From Botryllus schlosseri (lineage: Eukaryota), in the NCBI GenBank assembly GCA_051294905.1, contig CM119374.1, forward strand, positions 23,126,001 through 23,190,000: a DNA stretch of 64,000 bases, in the 5' to 3' direction. The position numbers and the translations under genes were made by a program. Below the pieces are notes generated by a model, which did not search any database, was not told the origin of the DNA, and saw nothing but the letters and a program-made list of their open reading frames with translations. Position 1 is the first letter of the stretch, and each line of letters opens with the position of its first letter. Below, piece after piece: positions 12,870 through 25,061 of this stretch.

Positions 12870-13345
12870 AGCAATCCAATCGAACCCCTCTTCCAAACAG
12901 ATACGGAGATAGATGTGTCTGTCAGAGTTAAACGTGGTAGGGGCGTTGGTGTTGCGAAACTGAAAGCTGAACTTTGGATCAATAACGTTATAGCGATTAC
13001 TGACGAAACTTATGCGTCCCTTATCAGATCTGATAAGAGACGGTACTCTGTAGCGATCAGCGAGCGACGATTTTGATATTTCACGACATCAGTCGGATGA
13101 AATCTCATGTGTCTCGAATAAGGATCGTAATCCCCCAGTAACCTCATTCACACTTTCTGATTAACGGTGTTAGCGAGTCGTTAAAGCCGCCACTGAAATC
13201 GACTTGCAATCATGAATAACCACCGACTGGACTGTATAAATGCGATGATATAGCAAACAACCTGTTGCCCCAAAAATAATTTTAGGAAAAACTGGCATCC
13301 TCCTTCATTTCGCATATAGTATCTGAGGTTGTCAGACTATAAGTA

Positions 13346-15525
13346 CACTGGTCTACACGATTTTTGCGCCAGGACTTCTTTGGGTCAATTACACCTAATT
13401 TGGGGGCGCTGAATACGAATCTGGCGTTATATTTTCTTCATCACATCACGTTGTTGAGATATTATGTATGCTGAATATTTCTACTTTTTCGAGTTACTCC
13501 AAGTAGATTTGGGCTACTTGCAGTACTTGCTGCAGGGGTAATGTTTTACAACTACTTCAGCATCTACCTGAACAGTATTCTGGATTAACTTATTACATTT
13601 GCAATTAGGTTTTTGTAAAGTAGAAAGTAGTTCAGGATAATATTCCACCACTATCATGAGTTAAATTATCATAACAAGCACCTGAAATAGCCACTGAATC
13701 ACGGTAACTGAATATATTTTTCAAAGATTCTATCCTTAGGTGGCGTTATCATAGTCATTTTGTGTTAGCTACAACGATGCATCTTGCGATTTCGTATGTA
13801 GCCACCTCCAACCAACTGTTGAATGTATGCGACCACCCTTCCACCGACCAAATTTACTTAGATATTTACTGACTTCCTCAGACCTTTCATTTCGTATTCC
13901 GCTTGAAATAGTTTTCAGATGTCTTGGAAATTATTACTTCTACTATTAATTGGGTAGAAGTGTAAGGCGTTACTTGTGCTACTTGAGTAGCAACGCCGAT
14001 CCCTTTGACCAACTCTAATTCATAGTAAAATATAACGGCAAATCAGAAACCATCAAAATATAAGCTGTTTGCATTTAGAACTGGCATTTAATCCCGCATA
14101 ACACTAGGAAAAAACCTCGAAACCATATAAAAACATCACTAGAAAGTAACCAATGCTCCTCTCTGGCTATCTTCCAGCATAGAACACATGGTATTTGTTG
14201 TAGGCCACAAAATGTCCTAGGTCGAGACGGATCGACTGCCATAGAACCGATGCATATTTATTTCTATTGTGAAGTAACACGCACTTCAGGTTTCGTGTTG
14301 AGCTGTTAGTAAGCAGCTGGTTGTCTATAAAAGACAATGCAAAAGAAGCCCTATATACCATGGCAATAATAAATAAAGCGTTCGGGAATAACTTTCCTCG
14401 ATTCCGATAAAATGTAACAGAATATGAAAACTGGAGAAGAAGAATTAGCATGATAAGTAAAGGCGCAGATTATTGATGATAAATTCTTTCAAGTTATCAC
14501 GATAAGCCCCTTTTTCTTTGAAAAAGCAGACAGTTTCTTCTAATTTTTCAAAACAAGCTTGACGGGCCACATATTTAGGTCATGTACCGGAGTGAACAAT
14601 TCTCTTCTACATAATATACCAACAATACAATGTTTGTTGTTGGCAAACTTTTACGTTTACGAAAGAGCAGTGTGACGTCACAAAATGCATTGACCGATTA
14701 GGTCTGCAGGACAGAGTTATAAAGAAAGATAACGTAGAGAACTAAATTAGGTACGGAGCTACTAATCACAATCTTTAAATAAAAAGTGGTATATAAAGAT
14801 GATGACTGCTACCTACTAAAATTAGCTACATCCACGAATGAATTTATTGGTCGAAAAGAGGTCCTGATCGAAAGAAGATGGAGAACCACTAGATTTAAGT
14901 TCACCGAAAACTCAGTTATTATGTTCTACAACAACCCAGGTTTCATCACTATAGATAATTCAATAACAATATTTGATTTGTTGCAGTTGTACGCTCACCG
15001 TAATGTCACTAACGAAAGCCGACATTCGATTGATTTATCAAAATTAGAAAAATACATATATTGAAAAAAATATACGTGATAGAGAAATTTAGGGCACAGA
15101 ATCTGATTCAGCAGCCTAATATTAGCCTAAATCAATCAATAAAATTTTTGGAGCAACATTTTTTTGAAATTTGTAAATTAGTGTAATTTTATGGGTCGAA
15201 AAGAGCTTCTGATTGAGCGAAGATAAAAAATCACTGGGTTCAAGTTCATCGAAAACTCACATATTCTGTACTACAACAACCCAGGTTTCGTGATAGATGA
15301 TTTTAATAACAATATTTGATCTGTTGCTGTTGTATGCTAACCGTGATGTCACTAACGAAAGTCGAAATTTGATTAATTTGCGAAATTGGGAAAAATTCCT
15401 ACGGAAGAAATTTGACGTGATAGAGAAATTCTGATCACAGAATCGAATTCAGCAACCTTAAATTAGCCAAAATTAATCATTAGAATTTTTGGCGCAAAAT
15501 GTTTTTCGAAATTTGTAGACCAGTG
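13346..15525 (-). mobile_element. Decayed Chapaev3-like (CMC) DNA transposon, 2180 bp
   Basis: TIRs CACTGGTCTACA (13346-13357) / TGTAGACCAGTG (15514-15525), TA on both flanks, similar subterminal GCTGAAT.CGA.TCTG motifs, and an internal transposase remnant on the minus strand. Confidence 0.75.
14167..14451 (-). pseudogene. Chapaev3-like transposase fragment
   Basis: VTFYRNR...FID.....SSTRNLKCVLLHNRNKYASV...LG...AYNKY then (frameshift) PCVLCW. This matches the recalled Chapaev3 core LFIDSSKRSLKAVLLHNGN..S(I/V)P ... LGQQ.GYTKYPCFLC.WDSR. Confidence 0.75.
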
Positions 15526-15527
15526 TA
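14849..15527. repeat. About 345-bp diverged tandem duplication of the Chapaev-like element terminus
   Basis: GGTCGAAAAGAG at 14849 and 15194. Each unit contains TACAACAACCCAGGTTTC and GTCACTAACGAAAG, and ends in a TIR (degenerate at 15172-15183, intact at 15514-15525) followed by TAATT. Confidence 0.9.
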
Positions 15528-16137
15528 ATTCTATCCAAAAATTGATCCCATGCATTTTATAGAGATTTGACGTCAGGAGGGAACTATAATCCCGCTAATG
15601 CAATCAATTGCAAATCGTCAATATGTCGGCATGTTCGATATAACCAGCCCATAAGCAGACGAAGTTCTTGCAATGTTACGACTGCACTAGGTACCTCCAG
15701 ACGGAAGAATCCGAAATTTTCATGGTATTTGATAATAACATTGTTTATCACCGCACGGGGTCCGCATCAAATTAATTTGTTTCCAGCATCAAGCGTGACC
15801 TTATGTGAGAGTAGATAAGTGTTTTATCGCAACACGTGATTCTTACGATACAAAAATATTCTGGAATTAGTGAAACGATATTCAACAGGTGATGTTGTAA
15901 CAAACCCCACGGACTGGTAACGTTCAAGCGTATAAACCATTCTGGTGTTGATTTCCTTATAGAAAGCATGTTTATTTGCTTATCGTGTCATTAAGAGACC
16001 GAACTAAAATTCGATTTTCGACACAGCAGTGCACATCCATTCATTAAAAACAAATTTTTGCAATTCAATTATGCATGACGATGTCCGAGAGATTCGTAAA
16101 GGAAACCTGCTGTACCTCAATCTCACAGACAGCCGCA

Positions 16138-18224
16138 CACTGTAAAAAATCTGGTAGATTTACTGGGAAATCTCTGTAAATTTTACCACGAATTTCCGGT
16201 CGCAGCCAATTACTGTGCATAGCTTGTCATTTTACATTTTGATATGTAATATTACCTTAATATAGCTGTAAAGTAAGTTACCAGAATTTCTTCGCAAAAT
16301 TACTGACAGTTACTCGTTACTGCAGTTTACCGGGCTATTGGCAAAATTGATTAGCATCAACATCGATGCAGCCAATGTATACGTAGAACTGAATGTTACT
16401 GATATATCATTCTAGAGGTGATTTGACCTGATTGAACCTCGTTTGCGAGACTGGGGTCTGTCATACCGAAATTGTTGGCCCTAGTATCAATTTAAGCTTA
16501 GTCGGGTACAAGAAATAACTGACAATCGTAGCTAATGTGGTACACCGTAGCCATATTATATTATAAGGCAATGGCTGTACGGCCAGTCTCGCTGGTTACA
16601 TTCGTTGTCACGGATAAGGCTGATAAGTTAGAAAATTAGTTCAGGATGTATAATATTGCTCGGGGAAACTAGAAATATCAACACCGCATGCTCAGCTGAC
16701 CATTTGTTAATGGCGGACAAGGCGACCTGTAATAGGTTTCATTAGGTGACTGCTTTTTCTGAGATTCGTAGTAAACAACCAACGCACAACTGTGACATCA
16801 CAAGCAGCGTCTGGTTAGGTAAGTACAGTAAGTAGTGAACAACACATGGAATATATATCAATTTATACGAAATTAGATGAAAAAAGGGACTATATGCAAT
16901 GCTAAATGTTTCTGTATGGAAAAAACGACCCAGATCGAACATTATAACGTGGTCAGTCATGGCCTACTAGTAGGCCATGGGTCAGTAAATATTATTGGTG
17001 TCATGTGTCAGCGGATGAATACCATTTATTTCGAAATCGTTCGAGTGTCGTCTGGCCAGTGGCCACTGGCCATTAGTGAGATTTGAGCAAAGGGTGGAGC
17101 GAAGCTTGTTGTGCTTGAAGAAAGTGGACACGATCGTTGAAGATTCCTAGGAATGCTGAATGGAATACGCATCTTACAAGGTAATACAGTACTACATAGT
17201 ATTTGTTACCGTGAATATCTGACTCTGCACACCAGCCCCCGATGACTTAGATTTCATGATTGATATATTTCATTCGCCGCATTCTCTGTTCTATTTTGGG
17301 ATATTTGTCGACCTATATAGTGACCACATACTCCGCTGCGGAGGAGTTGAAACTGTTGGCTTGGTAATGTCATTTTCGGGCCATAGCATAGATATGTTTT
17401 CATCCACTGCTGGATTTGTTTGCCACACAAGCCACCTTAAATTAGGAACCTTTTGCTTCAATACAGAGATAAAGTCATGAATCTCTGCTATGTCATGTAA
17501 AAGGCGGAGCCGTCATAACACAATGTGCCAGTACCGGTACTTCAAAACATGTTATATTTTTGTTAGCCCATTTGTCTTAGTCTTTATAATGTCATGTCCA
17601 CTGTCAACGTTAGGAACTTTGCTTTATATAGCGACTTCCGCATGAATTCTTTTTAGTGGAACTGCAAGATACTACTTACACAGAAGGAATGAGAACGAGA
17701 AAAAGAAAAAAATTGGAAGTTTGGCCGGTGGTGGAATTAATTCACGTTTTCTTGAGACCACTCGTGTTACTGCATGTCTCCTAAAGAAGAATTAGACCTC
17801 CGGCAGCAATATTTTTCCATCGATAACCACTCCATCGTGATATCATGAATGAATATACAGTTTGTTCCAATGTCGTTTTGGGGATGTGAAGAAAATGTTG
17901 CGATATTTTTGCATCGGGTTGCTTTGCGATAGGTATGGATGTACGTGAATTTGCAAGCTGGTATGTAATCCTGATTTACAGGGACAGCATGTAGGTAGGT
18001 AGGCGGTAAAATGACAGTCTTGATCGCAAATGTACAGGAGAGCATGTAGATTAGATATACCGGAGGTGACTGTAACATTACAGTCTGGCGTGTAAAGTGA
18101 GATTACCGGACGAGTGTAAGTTAAATTTACATTGACTAACGGTAATGTTAGATTACTACGAAATGTCTGGCTACCGTGCTTCCAAACATTTCGCGGTAAA
18201 TCGAGGTTTTTATTTTTTACAGTG
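16138..18224. mobile_element. Non-autonomous CACTG (EnSpm/CACTA-like) element, 2087 bp
   Basis: TIR CACTGTAAAAAA (16138) / TTTTTTACAGTG (18213-18224), 2-bp flank CA on both sides, and subterminal regions (about 200-250 bp) dense in TTAC/GTAA motifs. No transposase recognised. Confidence 0.65.
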
Positions 18225-18280
18225 CACTGTTTACCAAGATTTAACATACTTCGATACCATTTCCCGGTAATGATTTAGAA

Positions 18281-19432
18281 CAGGGGTGGGCATGAGCAAA
18301 CTTTTTAGCTCGCGGGCCGCATTCGCCGGCCGCACTACATAACATTGGGCTACAAGGCCAAAATTCAATATTGTTGTTTCATTATATAGTGACTGATAAC
18401 ATGGAAATAATATATATGTATTTGTATATTTAAAACAAACTAAACATTGATTTGATGAAAACGTAAACGCTTCAGAAACATTAAAGAGAATTTATATGCT
18501 GGTCATCATTGTCAAAATTAGGGACGAAAGTCGGTTGTCCCGATTCAGGGATATCTAGAACTCTATATATACCTATATATATATATACCGAGCGACTTGC
18601 TGCAAGATTACCAGTCCACGAACATTCAACACCAGCCATTTAGGCGCCTATGTACAATTATACATATGGCAGTCCTTTTCGGCCTAGGTTTTCTCGCTGC
18701 CGATCGTTCTGGCACAATTCTCGGTGTCGCATGTTACATGGCCTAAAACTTCATATGCGTTCGTGTGTCGTGGCACGATAATGGCCCACGATGAAATGCC
18801 CATTTCTATCAATCATGCGCATTTTTTCTTATGGAAAGGGTACCCAAAAATCAATTTTATTTGGCAACATTAAATCGTTGTAATGAAGTTGGATAAATTT
18901 TCAAATACTCTAAAATTAATGTTCATTCACACACAAAATGCTGACAGCCTCAAAACCATATTACCTTTAATTACGCTTCTACAATATACTAATATTATAT
19001 ATATAAATACTTCTACACATAAAAAGCACGAATCTATCTAACACACTCGCGAATCGGTTTATCCAAGCACAGAACAAAATGTATTAAACTTGCTCGTGTT
19101 TCCAATCTTAAATCACACATTTGGTCTGAATTAAGTCATTTACGATTCACGTTCTGTGATGTTTAGCAAGGACAAGCTTTCAAAATATATGGGCCGCGAA
19201 GTCGGGCCATCGCGCAATCAATAAAATTAAAAAAAGTTACTGTGGTAAGAATATAACTTGTCATTATCATGTTGAAATATATTTAGAAAAAGTTTAATCA
19301 AGTACACACGATATTTTGATTTTTTACGCATTTTATCAATATTTCTAAAACGGTAATTCAGGCGTTCGCGGGTCGCACAAAACGGTGTTGCGGGCCGCAT
19401 GCGGCCTGTGGGCCGGAGTTTGCCCACCCCTG
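18281..19432. mobile_element. hAT MITE family A (CAGGGGTGGGC TIR), copy 1
   Basis: CAGGGGTGGGCA...GTTTGCCCACCCCTG; 8-bp TSD ATTTAGAA/ATTAAGAA (7/8); GCGGGCCGCA subterminal motifs; homologous to 53588-54717. Confidence 0.85.
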
Positions 19433-19664
19433 ATTAAGAATATGCCAGATAATGGCAGTTGTGAAGTCAAGCATTTGAATAACTTGAAAAAAATAAGTCG
19501 CGAAAAGAGACCTTGATTCAATGAATCATTTAACAGGTTGGACGTTTCGACCATGCATCATTTGTTGGCTCATAGACAGAAAACCATAAAGTTTCTTTCC
19601 ATGAGGCATTGATGCATTGCTAGTTTCAAAGAGTACTGGCAGTACGGGCAATATATACAATTTT

Positions 19665-20543
19665 GACTAGGGCCAAGTCAAGTAATTTCGAAGGTTTGCT
19701 AATCAGGTCACGAGTAAAGTCACGCAAATTTTGAAACCGGATCGAGTCCAGTCAAAGCTTGTGAAATTTTCAGAATTAGAGTCGCTTTCAAATCAACAAA
19801 TATCTTCAGATTGTGCTATTTGATATGAACGTGTGGATGCCATGGATGATGCATAATTGCACAAGTAAATTACTTATAGGCTGGATGAACCATGGCAAAC
19901 TAGCCAAACCTGGTGCCATGCCATTTATGAACAACTAAAACGATATGAGTCACCACTGTTATTTATGTAAATTGTTTAGAATGGTGCCCACAGGGTATGC
20001 TCCATTTAAAATTGCATGGGAGTATAATTCAACGTAATCGACATTTATTAACTGGAAGTCTGCATGAAGACTATAAAGGCAGCGACGGGCTCATATTTGT
20101 GTAGAGGAAATACAGTGTTTGAGCGTCTACCAGAGATTTGTTACCAAATTTCGTCGAAATTCTGGAGACGGGACCAACTTTAGTTTTTATACATCTGGAT
20201 CTGAGCGAATATATTCGCCCTTGGTGGTAATGATATTGTAATCTCAGTCAAGACCATTATGGCGTCAGTTAATGGCATGCCAAAGTTGTTTTGTCTGTGA
20301 TGGCGCTACTGATGAATGGAACCTAATCGAAAACGTAAACGGAAATATATTCCTGTAAATAAAGGATTACTGTTGTTAACGGGGCTTTGCGAAGAATATT
20401 ACTTGATAAAATGAAAATTGACTCGAAAGTTTGCCCCCGAGTGACGAGTCAGTCCATATTTTCATATGTCAAGTCATTGCCAAGTCAAGTTATTTTAGGG
20501 CTGTGACTCGACTCAAGTCATGACTCAAGTCATCCCAACAGTG
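19665..20543. mobile_element. Degenerate GACTC/GAGTC-motif MITE remnant(s)
   Basis: Clusters of CAAGTC/GACTC motifs at 19665-19760 and 20415-20543, ending in a TCCCAACAGTG terminus-like sequence. No TSD identified. Confidence 0.4.
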
Positions 20544-21848
20544 TTTTCAAGTATGATGCGCTGGTTTCGGTATACCATTCTATAGAATGTAGTGTACGGC
20601 TATAGTCAGGACCAGACCAGTAATTTGGCATAGAATTTATATACTCATCTGTTTTGAGCAAATGTCCCGCTGCAAAATTTTAAAATTAGCATAGATTCCT
20701 TATAACCTTTATGAAACAATTTACATTCATGCAGATGTAATAAGGCACAACTTGTAGATACAAACCCGGTAAAACCAGGTACTAGTGGAAGTAATAAACG
20801 AAATATATTTATTGTTGTTCGTCACAGCTAGTGGCATTTGGTAATTACTGTAACAGTCCGGATTTCGGTCCGGATTCAACACTGAAAAAGTCCGTCAGTT
20901 GAATAGCTCTTCTATAGCGTATAAATATGCGCGTTAATTGCGATTTGTAGTATAGGTAATACGTATAATAATGTGCAGATATACTAAATATCACACGTGG
21001 CTTATTCGAAAGGACGAATAATAAGCCCAGCGGTATTACGTATAGGTTTATAGGATTATAAGACTTAAAAACTATACCTGTACGCACGCATATACGTAGG
21101 GTTGTATTCAAAACAAATGATTGTTTAAAACAGTGTTTTAAACAAAGGCTTTTTTTAAATAAAACAAAATTGTGTTTTTAAGTTGCATAACTATGCCATA
21201 ATTGTGTAGCCGACGTAGGATGATTGGAACCCTCAAAATTGTCGGTTAAACAGCTATAGTACGTAGATATTTCGTTCAAGGAGCTATATTTACGCTATAT
21301 TTTCAATTGTAAATGTCAAAACATCATGACGGCACACCTAAATATTCGTGACGTCATGGATTTAAAAGTGAACGACGTAAAATCATGAAGTGGGAACTAA
21401 TCCTACATGTATTGTACAGTGTATACTGCACAACTTCGAAGCACCTGTCAATTTTCGTCATGAATACGTTATATCGAGAACCATAATGCCGATTTTTTTT
21501 CTCTGTTTTCCACAGGATTAGTCCAATTATGGCCCATGGAAACAACGAATTTCCTATTAATTCAACAGCATATGAAGGCCTAACTTGAGATAACATAAAC
21601 CAGTGGTTCCCATTGGAGTCCGTGAATGAGCATTTGGGGGTCCGTGATTACCTTGATGAATTTTTTGGGACAGCGGAAAGCGACCTTTTTACTTTCATTT
21701 CTCTCTTCAACGGTACATGTGTCAAGCTCAAACATGCGAGAATGAACTGTGCCGGTATGCATTAAAGTAAATCTATGCTGCTGCCCACAATGTGTGCACT
21801 GTACAATTGTACATTGATCTTACACGACAATGCTACATATACCACAAC

Positions 21849-22364
21849 TAGGGCTGGGCAAAATCGAGTACCTTAGTGATTCGATTCTGAATCATGCGAA
21901 ATGCTTCGAGTCGAGTCGAGTAATCGAGTATCACCCATTATGACCTCATAGCAGAATGTAATATGTCAAAGTTCAAATAGGTACCGTTTATGCCACCACA
22001 AAGAATATGATGCCTGTTATCCATCTAATAAATAATACTTTGATGTTTTTCGACCATATCAATTTCATTCCACTTGGTGACAATGTTGTGGGATAATCGT
22101 GACTTCGGAAATGTGCTACGTCCAGTAACCTTCGTAGCTTTGTACTATATGTTTCATATGCTACGATACCGCCAAGCAAGGTTCCAAGGCTTCAAAAGTG
22201 AAAATTTGTATAGAAACTATAATTCTCGTTGATAAATTAACTTTCAGTGGTGGGAAGCGTATAATTTCAGTACTCGAAAAAATCGTATTTTACTACTCGA
22301 CTCGAATCATTAAAATTAATACTCGATTCAGATTCGAGTACTCGAATCATTGTGCCCAGCCCTA
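21849..22364. mobile_element. hAT MITE family B (TAGGGCTGGGCA TIR), copy 1, 516 bp
   Basis: TIR TAGGGCTGGGCA/TGCCCAGCCCTA; perfect 8-bp TSD ACCACAAC (21841-21848, 22365-22372); CGAGT/ACTCG subterminal arrays. Confidence 0.95.
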
Positions 22365-22601
22365 ACCACAACGCATATCGATATCAGTCAAATCAGGATT
22401 GGCTCGTCTATTACGCAATAGAAGGCATGCGGTTTAGATCAGGAAATACAACAACAGCCTTGTATTTATATATGTTTACGTTGAAAAAGTTTCAGCGTGG
22501 CCCTTCCGGACACATTTTTTAAAATTATATATCCCCGAGGAAAACCTCTTGGCGAAGGGCGACTAAGTCCTAACAGTGCGAGTCGCAACTACCGCTAATG
22601 T

Positions 22602-22874
22602 GGCGAGATAGCGCAGTGGTATAATCCGCGGCTGCAACACCAATGGGTGCGGGTTCGACCGAGGTCGACTTCCGAATTCCGATACCTAAGTGTTGGAGGT
22701 TTACCTAGGCTCCTCCTCGTCACCCCATCCGCGTCAGCGGTGTCTTACAAAAAGCCTAGAGATGGGCCGTGCTATAAGTGGGCAGTTACGGAAAATAGGA
22801 AGAATATCGGCCTGGTGTAAATGACCATAGTAGTCGACAAACACCATGAATACCCCCAAAAAACAAACAAACCG
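22602..22874 (+). mobile_element. tRNA-derived SINE (tRNA-Cys-like head) with (AAAC)n tail
   Basis: A box TAGCGCAGTGG 22609-22619; CTGCAAC anticodon-like loop (GCA); B box GGTTCGACC 22652-22660; AAAAAACAAACAAAC tail; TSD CCGCTAATGT/CCGCTAATAT (22592-22601, 22875-22884). Confidence 0.8.
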
Positions 22875-22926
22875 CCGCTAATATCCTCTGGCCCTCTTCC
22901 CCTGTTATGCAGAGGTAGCGGATATG

Positions 22927-23329
22927 TATGGTTACCATCCGTACTCTTTTTTGACTGTTTAGAAAGTGTCCTCGGGTGACGCTTTTTGGAGATTTTGTCC
23001 TCTTTTAGAAGAATTCTGGTCAAATTTACAGCCAAATTCGACTAAGATGCCGACAATCAGCACCGAAGTATAACCCTCCTACAGGTATTTTGGGCGCTGA
23101 GCCGGAGAGATGACCTTTTATTCTTTTTAGTCAGCTGTATTTTGGGCACTGAGCGAGGAAGTTGACCCGGGGCCTACGATACTACTAAGTATCGTAGGCC
23201 CCGGTTGACCTCTTTTTTAGTCAACCGTTTTTTTAGTTTACCATTTTTCAGGATTTTCCTCTTGTTTTTCAAGTCTGAAAATTCTGAAAAAGTGTCCTCT
23301 TTTCAGATTTCCAAAATATAGTATCCTTA
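22927..23329. mobile_element. Old hAT MITE with degenerate TAGGGTTACCAT-type TIRs
   Basis: TATGGTTACCAT... / ...ATATAGTATCCTTA; GTCCTCTTTT subterminal motifs; near-TSD GGATATGT/GGATAGGT. Confidence 0.55.
23168..23203. mobile_element. 36-bp perfect hairpin micro-element with 7-bp TSD
   Basis: CGGGGCCTACGATACT-ACTA-AGTATCGTAGGCCCCG (16-bp arms, 4-nt loop) flanked by GTTGACC at 23161-23167 and 23204-23210. Confidence 0.85.
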
Positions 23330-23464
23330 GGATAGGTCTTCAGCCTGTCTATGTATATATATATTTCCTCCAATTTTTCAAGTTTCTTCATTTTGGTAAG
23401 GCCAATTGTTTATTCAATATTTTGCCAACGGTGTATTCAACTTTTGTTCTTTCGTTTTTTGTTT

Positions 23465-23493
23465 CAACAACAACAATAACAACAACAACAATA
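23465..23493. repeat. (AAC)n microsatellite
   Basis: CAACAACAACAATAACAACAACAACAATA. Confidence 0.8.
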
Positions 23494-23808
23494 ATTAAAT
23501 TATAATTTGACACAGTGCAGTATAGTTAAGTAGCATAATTAAGACAATAGTCAATAGTATGTCAATTGAGTTTCAGGCAAAATTCAGGCAGGGGTCCGCA
23601 GAACTAACAATTTGTCTAAAGGTTGGGAACCATTGACCTAAACTGGCGTTGTTCCCAAAGTCTCGCCCTATCGATTCTATAATCATGGCTCTTAATTTAA
23701 TATATTTTCAGGGATGTTTGAGGCCGTTATTCGATGATACAATACGAAAATATGCGCAGAGAGAGAGTCGGTGTCACGCCAGGGCTGGTTTTTAGATTGG
23801 TGCATATC

Positions 23809-25061
23809 CAGAGGTGGTCAGTAACGAAGTACTTCTACTTTTTCGAAGTACTCAAGTAGTTTTCCTCTACTTCTAGTACTTACTCAAGTATATCTGATTT
23901 TCGCTACTTCTACTTCGTAATATCTTGCGATTTACTTATTTACTTTCCGCTATTTTCAGATTGTCAAGTAGAAGTAGTTTATTCCTCCAATAAGAAAGTT
24001 AGCCTGGCGAATTTTCATAAAAGTCAAGTAAAGCCCATAAATTTTGTTGCGCCTCGCGCACAGTAGTTTTGGAGTGTGAAATATATGTTTTCACGAGAGT
24101 AGCGGGGAATATAATTTAGGCACCGGATTGTGCGGTTCCTCTCACACCGCATTGTTGCCCATTTCAAATATTTTATCACAGTAAATATGGCCCACAAGCC
24201 ACAATGACGCTCGAAACTACCGTTTCGCAATCTAGAAAATGCCTATCAGATCATGATCTTAGCAGCCCATGACGTGTCCTAATCTGGAAAAGTGGACTCC
24301 AGCTTATTTGAACGTTACACCTGTTTTTAGTACCTTTCTGGGCAAAAGACGTGAAATATATTTTCCGCGTTTTTGTATTTCTCTTTCACTTCCGAGTATC
24401 ATACTTTGAGTTTTAATTAATTTCAGTTCTTTTATCTGCAGAACATGCATGTTGAAGTATAAAAGTAAGTGTGGTAATGCCTATATTTTCTGAAAATGAT
24501 GCTCCACTACATAATAACACACAATTTTACGATCCACCATATTTTTTATTAACGTATACTAATCGCGCTAAGTGTTGAAACCGTATCCGATACAACTTCT
24601 CCGTATTGCTCTTCGCCTAAACTATAGGGGCCTTATAATATGGGGTAGGGCGCCATGAAATAATATTATCTAAAAACGGGGTGCTCGAATAAACAAAGGG
24701 TTAGTATCGCATTTTCATATCAATACTATAATTTGCATCCCATGATGAGGACGAATGCATATTCTGTCGGAAATTGATACCTTCTTGGATGCATCAATAC
24801 GAATCAAGCTCTCTGCACCTCCCGCATAGCTCAATTTGCAGCTTTTGACAGTCCATGCCTACGAATTACAGCCCATGCCTACGTTTTCAATACCACATAC
24901 TTGAGTAGATTTAAAGTCAGTCAATTACACTTCCACTTCAAGTAGTTTTAGGTTGCTTATGAAAGAAGAACTTCTACTCGTGCTTGAGTAGATTTTTCGT
25001 CGCGACTTCTACTTGAGTACTTCTACTTGAGTAGCGTTCCTGACTACTTTGACCACCTTTG
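23809..25061. mobile_element. Tol2-like non-autonomous hAT element, 1253 bp
   Basis: TIR CAGAGGTGGTCA/TGACCACCTTTG; perfect 8-bp TSD TGCATATC (23801-23808, 25062-25069); dense AAGTA/TACTT subterminal repeats as in fish Tol2 ends. Confidence 0.9.
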
